Shown here piece by piece: positions 59,738-64,000 of a DNA stretch of 64,000 nucleotides. The stretch is from Chlorobiaceae bacterium (lineage in GTDB: Bacteria > Bacteroidota > Chlorobiia > Chlorobiales > Chlorobiaceae), in contig JBAXBE010000005.1 of the NCBI GenBank assembly GCA_037142155.1, positions 6,171 to 70,170 on the forward strand, given 5' to 3'. A program made the position numbers and the translations under genes. The notes below the pieces were generated by a model. That model was not told where the DNA came from. It ran no database searches and worked only from the letters and a program-made list of their open reading frames with translations. Numbering within the stretch: position 1 is the stretch's first letter; each line of letters opens with the position of its first letter.

Positions 59738-60435
59738 CGGTCCCTCCGTTAAGTTATAGTGTTCTGCCCGGCGTTTAGCCAGCCCCCGTTTCCGGGCGGA
59801 AGTTTCATATGGTGAGCTGGCCGTTTTATTCAGCGCTCCTGAACCAATGCAAGCGTAACGGCGATTCCGGTATCACAACGGCTTGAAACATGCCGGGGGG
59901 GGGGATGCACCTGCATGCCGGAACAGACGGAAACTCCGCATAAAAAAAGCAGAAGCACCCGCACTGGCCGCTTCAAGTACATCTCTAGGGCAGGGGAAAG
60001 TCGCATGGTGTTGCCACGCGATGATGAAAGCGTTATCTCAGGGGGGAGTGAAGCAAGAAAACGCTGCTCGTTGAGTATAGATAATCGGCGGAATTAATAC
60101 AAGCCGCACAAGTCACTCAATCATCAAGCGGGCATAGCCTTTCGGGGCGAAACCGCGCTTTTGGTTTTCAATCGGCGGGAGTGCGATATGATGAAAGGAG
60201 TTACGTTTTCCCAGAGAAACTCCCGTTTATAACACCACTCATTGCGGGCAATCATTCGAACCATCGCCAGTTGCTCTCATTGAGCCCCGAATCCCGGATT
60301 ATCGGGGGAACGCTGGCATAAAGAGGATATTCAGTGATATATACACATATCATCATTTTATACACAAAAAGGTATAATTTTCTCGTACATTGCCTTATGG
60401 GCAACCCCCAATTCCTCACACAAGAACCCTTATAA

Positions 60436-62691
60436 ATGAAGCATACTTGCGGGCACATCTGCTCTCCTGCACTTCATGCGCCAAGCCCAATTACCTATAT
60501 GCGTACGGCCTACGCATATAGTCGAATAATTGTTGAACAGGGCTTGCCTGTTGATTTCATACATCTTGAGGTAAACGGGAGTTATGAACGACTGACAGGA
60601 TTAAAAAATGTTGTCGGCCGTAAAATATCAGCCGTTTTCAAGGGGATCAATGCCTCGAATCCGGAGTTGATTGCCAAACTTGTCACGGTAGCAGAGTCCG
60701 GGATACCGGATTATTTTGAGCTCTATATAAAAACACTCGACAGATGGTTTGACATCTCGGTTTACAGTCCGCAAGAAGGTGATTGTGTTGCACTATTTGA
60801 TGACATCACGCTCCGAAAAAATACCGAAAAAGCCCTGCTCAAAAGCGAAGAGCGGTTCCGTCACCTCTTTGAAGGCCACTGTGCCCCTATGCTGGTCATT
60901 GACGCCTTCACTGGCAATATCATCGATGCAAATATGGCCGCCACAGCGTTTTACGGCTGGTCGAAGAGTGAGCTGTGCAGGATGAATATTGAGGAGATCA
61001 ATGCACTTCCACCTGAGGCTGTTGCGCTGAATCTTGAAAAATTCAGAGTGAACACAGAAAACAAGTTTCTCTTTTCCCACAGAAAAGCAGACGGGTCTGT
61101 CTGCTCGGTCGAGGTATTGAGCAACACCATTAAGGATAACGGCAATACGCTCTATTACTCGATGATCTCAGATGTCACCGAGCGACTGAAAAACGAAGAG
61201 GCTATCAGAGCAAGCGAAGAGCGATTCAGGATGCTTTTTGAAAAGCACTCTGCCGTTATGATCCTTCTTGACCCCCAAACCGGCAATATTATTGACGCCA
61301 ACCTTGCCGCAGCGAAATTTTACGGGTGGTCGACTGAAGAGCTTCGTCAGATGCGCATACAAGAGATTACCAATGTCTCGGCTGATGAAGTGAAAATCAA
61401 TATGGAAAAGTCGCGAACTTCCGAACAAAACAGGTTTTTATTTACGCACAAGAGAGCCGATGCCTCCTTGAGAAAGGTCGAGGTGTTCAGCAATACGATA
61501 AAGATTGACGGCAAAGAACTTCTCTATGCGATTATTCATGACATCACCCTGCGCGTCAATACTGAAGAGGCTCTCAAGAAAAGCGAAAAACAGCTTGACA
61601 AGCAATACCAGACGCTTATTGCCGCTTCACCGGACAGTATCATAACAACAAATCTTGTCGGGATGATTAGCAGCGTTTCGGATGTAGGGCTTGAGATATT
61701 TGGCGCAAACCACAAGTCTGAAGTTATCGGGATGCCATTTTCCATGATTGTCTTCGAGGACGACATGAAAATAATCGACGAGATATTTGAGGTAACTCTA
61801 CGCGAAGGGCTTATCCAAAACAGGGAGATCCTTCTGAAAAAAATAAACCAGACGGTCTACTATGCCGAAATCAGCGCCGCACTGATCCAGGAATCCAATG
61901 GCATCCCGTCGTCCTTCATGATAATCATCCGGGATATTTCGCAACGGAAAGTTATTGAGAGAGAGCTTTTCCATGCCAAGCGCCTCATAAGCCTGGGCGA
62001 GATGGCATCCGGGATTGCTCATGAGATCTATCAGCCAATCAATAACATTGGCCTTGTGCTTGACAAAATGCTTATGACAGCATCATCGAACGATTGGAGC
62101 TGCAAGCAGGATATCAAAATAGTCTCTGAAAAAATATTTGAAAACATCCTCCGGGTACAGACCATCATTGACAACATCCGATCGTTTTCAAGTACGGATA
62201 AAAACTATATCTCTTCGGTTATCAATCTCAACAAAAGCATCCGCAATGCCCTCCTGATGGTTTCCGAACAGTGCAAAAACCGCTCTATCACCCTTGATTT
62301 CAAGCCGGAGCTCGAGAGATCTTCGGTGACAGGAAACATCTACAAGTTTGAGCAGGTTATCCTTAACCTTATCAGAAACTCTATTGATGCACTTGAAGAG
62401 AGGGCGCTGGCAAGCCAGGAGCCTTTCGACATGAAAATCCTGATACGAACCTACTCACATAACGGCTTAACCGTCGTGAGTGTCGAGGATACCGGCATAG
62501 GAATCAATGAGAGGAATATCGAGTACATCATGCACCCTTTTTATACCACAAAAGAGTCGGGGAAAGGCACCGGGCTCGGGCTCTCCATAAGCTATGGAAT
62601 CATCAAGGAGATGAAGGGCGAGTTGAAAATCAATAGCGTTCCTATGCAAGGGACCTCTGTCGTTATTACGCTCCCAAATAACAACAAATAG
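60436..62691 (+). CDS. Cytoplasmic multi-PAS sensor histidine kinase
   Basis: About four PAS units, each ending in a DIT(L/E)R(K/L) motif. H-box GEMASGIAHEIYQPIN and HATPase N/G boxes (RNSIDAL, GTGLGLSISYGII). No transmembrane segment. The start may be 60499. Confidence 0.9.
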   Translation: MKHTCGHICSPALHAPSPITYMRTAYAYSRIIVEQGLPVDFIHLEVNGSYERLTGLKNVVGRKISAVFKGINASNPELIAKLVTVAESGIPDYFELYIKTLDRWFDISVYSPQEGDCVALFDDITLRKNTEKALLKSEERFRHLFEGHCAPMLVIDAFTGNIIDANMAATAFYGWSKSELCRMNIEEINALPPEAVALNLEKFRVNTENKFLFSHRKADGSVCSVEVLSNTIKDNGNTLYYSMISDVTERLKNEEAIRASEERFRMLFEKHSAVMILLDPQTGNIIDANLAAAKFYGWSTEELRQMRIQEITNVSADEVKINMEKSRTSEQNRFLFTHKRADASLRKVEVFSNTIKIDGKELLYAIIHDITLRVNTEEALKKSEKQLDKQYQTLIAASPDSIITTNLVGMISSVSDVGLEIFGANHKSEVIGMPFSMIVFEDDMKIIDEIFEVTLREGLIQNREILLKKINQTVYYAEISAALIQESNGIPSSFMIIIRDISQRKVIERELFHAKRLISLGEMASGIAHEIYQPINNIGLVLDKMLMTASSNDWSCKQDIKIVSEKIFENILRVQTIIDNIRSFSSTDKNYISSVINLNKSIRNALLMVSEQCKNRSITLDFKPELERSSVTGNIYKFEQVILNLIRNSIDALEERALASQEPFDMKILIRTYSHNGLTVVSVEDTGIGINERNIEYIMHPFYTTKESGKGTGLGLSISYGIIKEMKGELKINSVPMQGTSVVITLPNNNK

Positions 62692-62693
62692 TC

Positions 62694-64000
62694 ATGAACA
62701 GCAACTCAACTGAAAAGATTAAAGTACTGACGCTTGATGATGAGATCGATTTTACGAGTGAGGTTAGCGACTATCTTCAAAACTCAGGGTTTACCCCTTT
62801 TGCGGCCAACACCCCGGAAGAGGGCTATGCCATACTGCGAAACAACCAGATAGATCTTCTGATTCTCGATGTCAAGCTACCTGGAGCAAACGGCCTTGAT
62901 ATCCTGAAAAAAGTGAGGTCGCTCTATCCTTCGATGGAGGTCATCATGGTCTCCGCGCATGGTGATATGGACACGGTAATCGAGTCCATTCGGCTTGGAG
63001 CTTTCGACTATCTGAGAAAACCGATGCGGTACATCGATATTCAGATTGCCATTGAGCGAACCCAGAAATATCTGCAGATGCAGAGAAAGCTTGCCCGTGC
63101 AGAGGAGAAGTACTCCCTTATCTCGTCGGATGTCGAGTCAATAATCGGCCGGCACTGTATCGGCAAGAGCAAGCAGATTATCCGGATCTATGAATTGGCG
63201 AAAAAAGCCTCGCAGTACCCGGATACCAACGTCCTTATTACCGGTGAGAGCGGCACCGGAAAAGAGGTCTTTGCGCGGCTTATCCACTATATGAGTCCGC
63301 AGGCAAAGAGCTATTTCGGGGCTATTAACTGCAGTGCCGTCAGCGAGTCTTTAATTGAGAGTGAGTTTTTCGGCCATAAGAAAGGCTCGTTTACCGGAGC
63401 TATTGCAGACAAGAAAGGGTTGTTTGAGGTATGCAATGAAGGGTCCCTCTTTTTGGATGAGATTGCTGATATGCCCCTTCATCTTCAGTCAAAAATCCTG
63501 AGAGCCATTGAGGAGCGTTCAATTACCCGGGTCGGTGACACGAAGGTGATTCCCACCAAATTCCGACTGATTGCCGCAACAAACTGTGATCTTCAAAAAA
63601 TGGTTCATGACAAGAAGTTCCGTCTCGACCTGCTTCACCGGCTCAATACGCTCCACATCCATATTCCGCCGCTTCGGGAGAGAGTAGAGGATATCGGGCC
63701 ACTGTTGATTGATTTTACCGAGGAGTTCTCGAAAAAGATAAACAAGCATGTAGAGGCTATAGCTGATGAGGTATTTGTGGCGCTCGAAAAATATCCTTTC
63801 CCAGGCAACATAAGGGAGCTGAGAAATCTTGCTGAGCGGGCGATTATCCTGTCAACAGGAAGGACACTGGCGTTGAGCGATTTCCTGCTTCCGGTCATCA
63901 CAAACACCGAGAAGAAAAGAGCGTCCGGGGGTTCCAACCTCAAAACACATGAAGCCGAGATGATTCGCCATGCGCTTGAGGAGTGCGAATATAATCAGGC
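62694..64000 (+). CDS. Sigma-54-dependent response regulator (NtrC family), 3' end beyond the window
   Basis: Not in the ORF track because no stop is reached; I translated it by hand with no stops to 64000. Receiver domain (LLILDVKLPGANG, GAFDYLRKP), AAA+ domain with GESGTGKE, the GSFTGA variant of GAFTGA, and FLDEIADM. It starts 2 nt after the kinase stop. Confidence 0.9.
   Translation, partial: MNSNSTEKIKVLTLDDEIDFTSEVSDYLQNSGFTPFAANTPEEGYAILRNNQIDLLILDVKLPGANGLDILKKVRSLYPSMEVIMVSAHGDMDTVIESIRLGAFDYLRKPMRYIDIQIAIERTQKYLQMQRKLARAEEKYSLISSDVESIIGRHCIGKSKQIIRIYELAKKASQYPDTNVLITGESGTGKEVFARLIHYMSPQAKSYFGAINCSAVSESLIESEFFGHKKGSFTGAIADKKGLFEVCNEGSLFLDEIADMPLHLQSKILRAIEERSITRVGDTKVIPTKFRLIAATNCDLQKMVHDKKFRLDLLHRLNTLHIHIPPLRERVEDIGPLLIDFTEEFSKKINKHVEAIADEVFVALEKYPFPGNIRELRNLAERAIILSTGRTLALSDFLLPVITNTEKKRASGGSNLKTHEAEMIRHALEECEYNQ

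Noticed and set aside
59765-59781. A sigma-54-like element TGGCTAAACGCCGGGCA on the minus strand just upstream of the 69-aa ORF, and a second one (TGGCAACACCATGC) at 60003-60016.
   Set aside because: The GG-to-GC spacing is off by one in both (N11 and N9 instead of N10), and sigma-54 promoters do not tolerate this. They are noted only because an NtrC-type activator gene is adjacent.
60350-60378. A TATAAT box (60373-60378) as the kinase promoter.
   Set aside because: The -10 match is good, but the -35 region (tcatca) is poor and the surrounding DNA is AT-rich. This is not enough to call a feature.
59457-60435. Looked for a cobalamin riboswitch upstream of the B12-type radical SAM gene.
   Set aside because: I could not find a B12-box-like GCCACTG element with the flanking conserved helices on the transcribed strand. 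This cannot be excluded without a covariance-model scan.

Overview
This 64-kb window reads as core chromosome of a green sulfur bacterium (Chlorobiaceae-like). All calls come from motif recognition by eye; no database search was run. The main content is the Mg-chelatase cluster bchI-bchD-bchH, then an 11-gene NDH-1 operon (nuoABCDHIJKLMN, with no nuoEFG). The uptake [NiFe]-hydrogenase genes hupS-hupL-hupC-hupD follow directly on the same strand. Other genes include guaB, lpd, rluD, queD-folE, ribD, ribE, purT, tpx, rarA, a TolC-like gene, an LptF/G-like permease and two adjacent tRNA-Leu genes. I call about 60 protein genes, 2 tRNAs, one nonsense-interrupted gene, five clear hairpin terminators and a family of short mosaic intergenic repeats. 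I saw no CRISPR array, transposase, integrase, phage gene or recognisable defence or toxin-antitoxin system. The most unusual locus is 57.7-64.0 kb. It holds an unassigned cobalamin-type radical SAM enzyme preceded by a well-initiated 69-aa ORF and an intercistronic stem-loop. The only two long homopolymeric G tracts I noticed (G11 and G10) bracket this pair. Next to it lie a ~700-nt non-coding stretch and a lower-GC multi-PAS histidine kinase with a sigma-54 activator. Secondary candidates are a translationally coupled PAP2-like / divergent ferrochelatase-like / TPR / small membrane protein operon upstream of nuo, and a cellulose-synthase-like / GH8 operon ending in two small paralogous helical proteins. 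An in-frame TAG also splits an FMN reductase gene. Most of the window is ordinary housekeeping sequence, and none of the candidate systems is proven.
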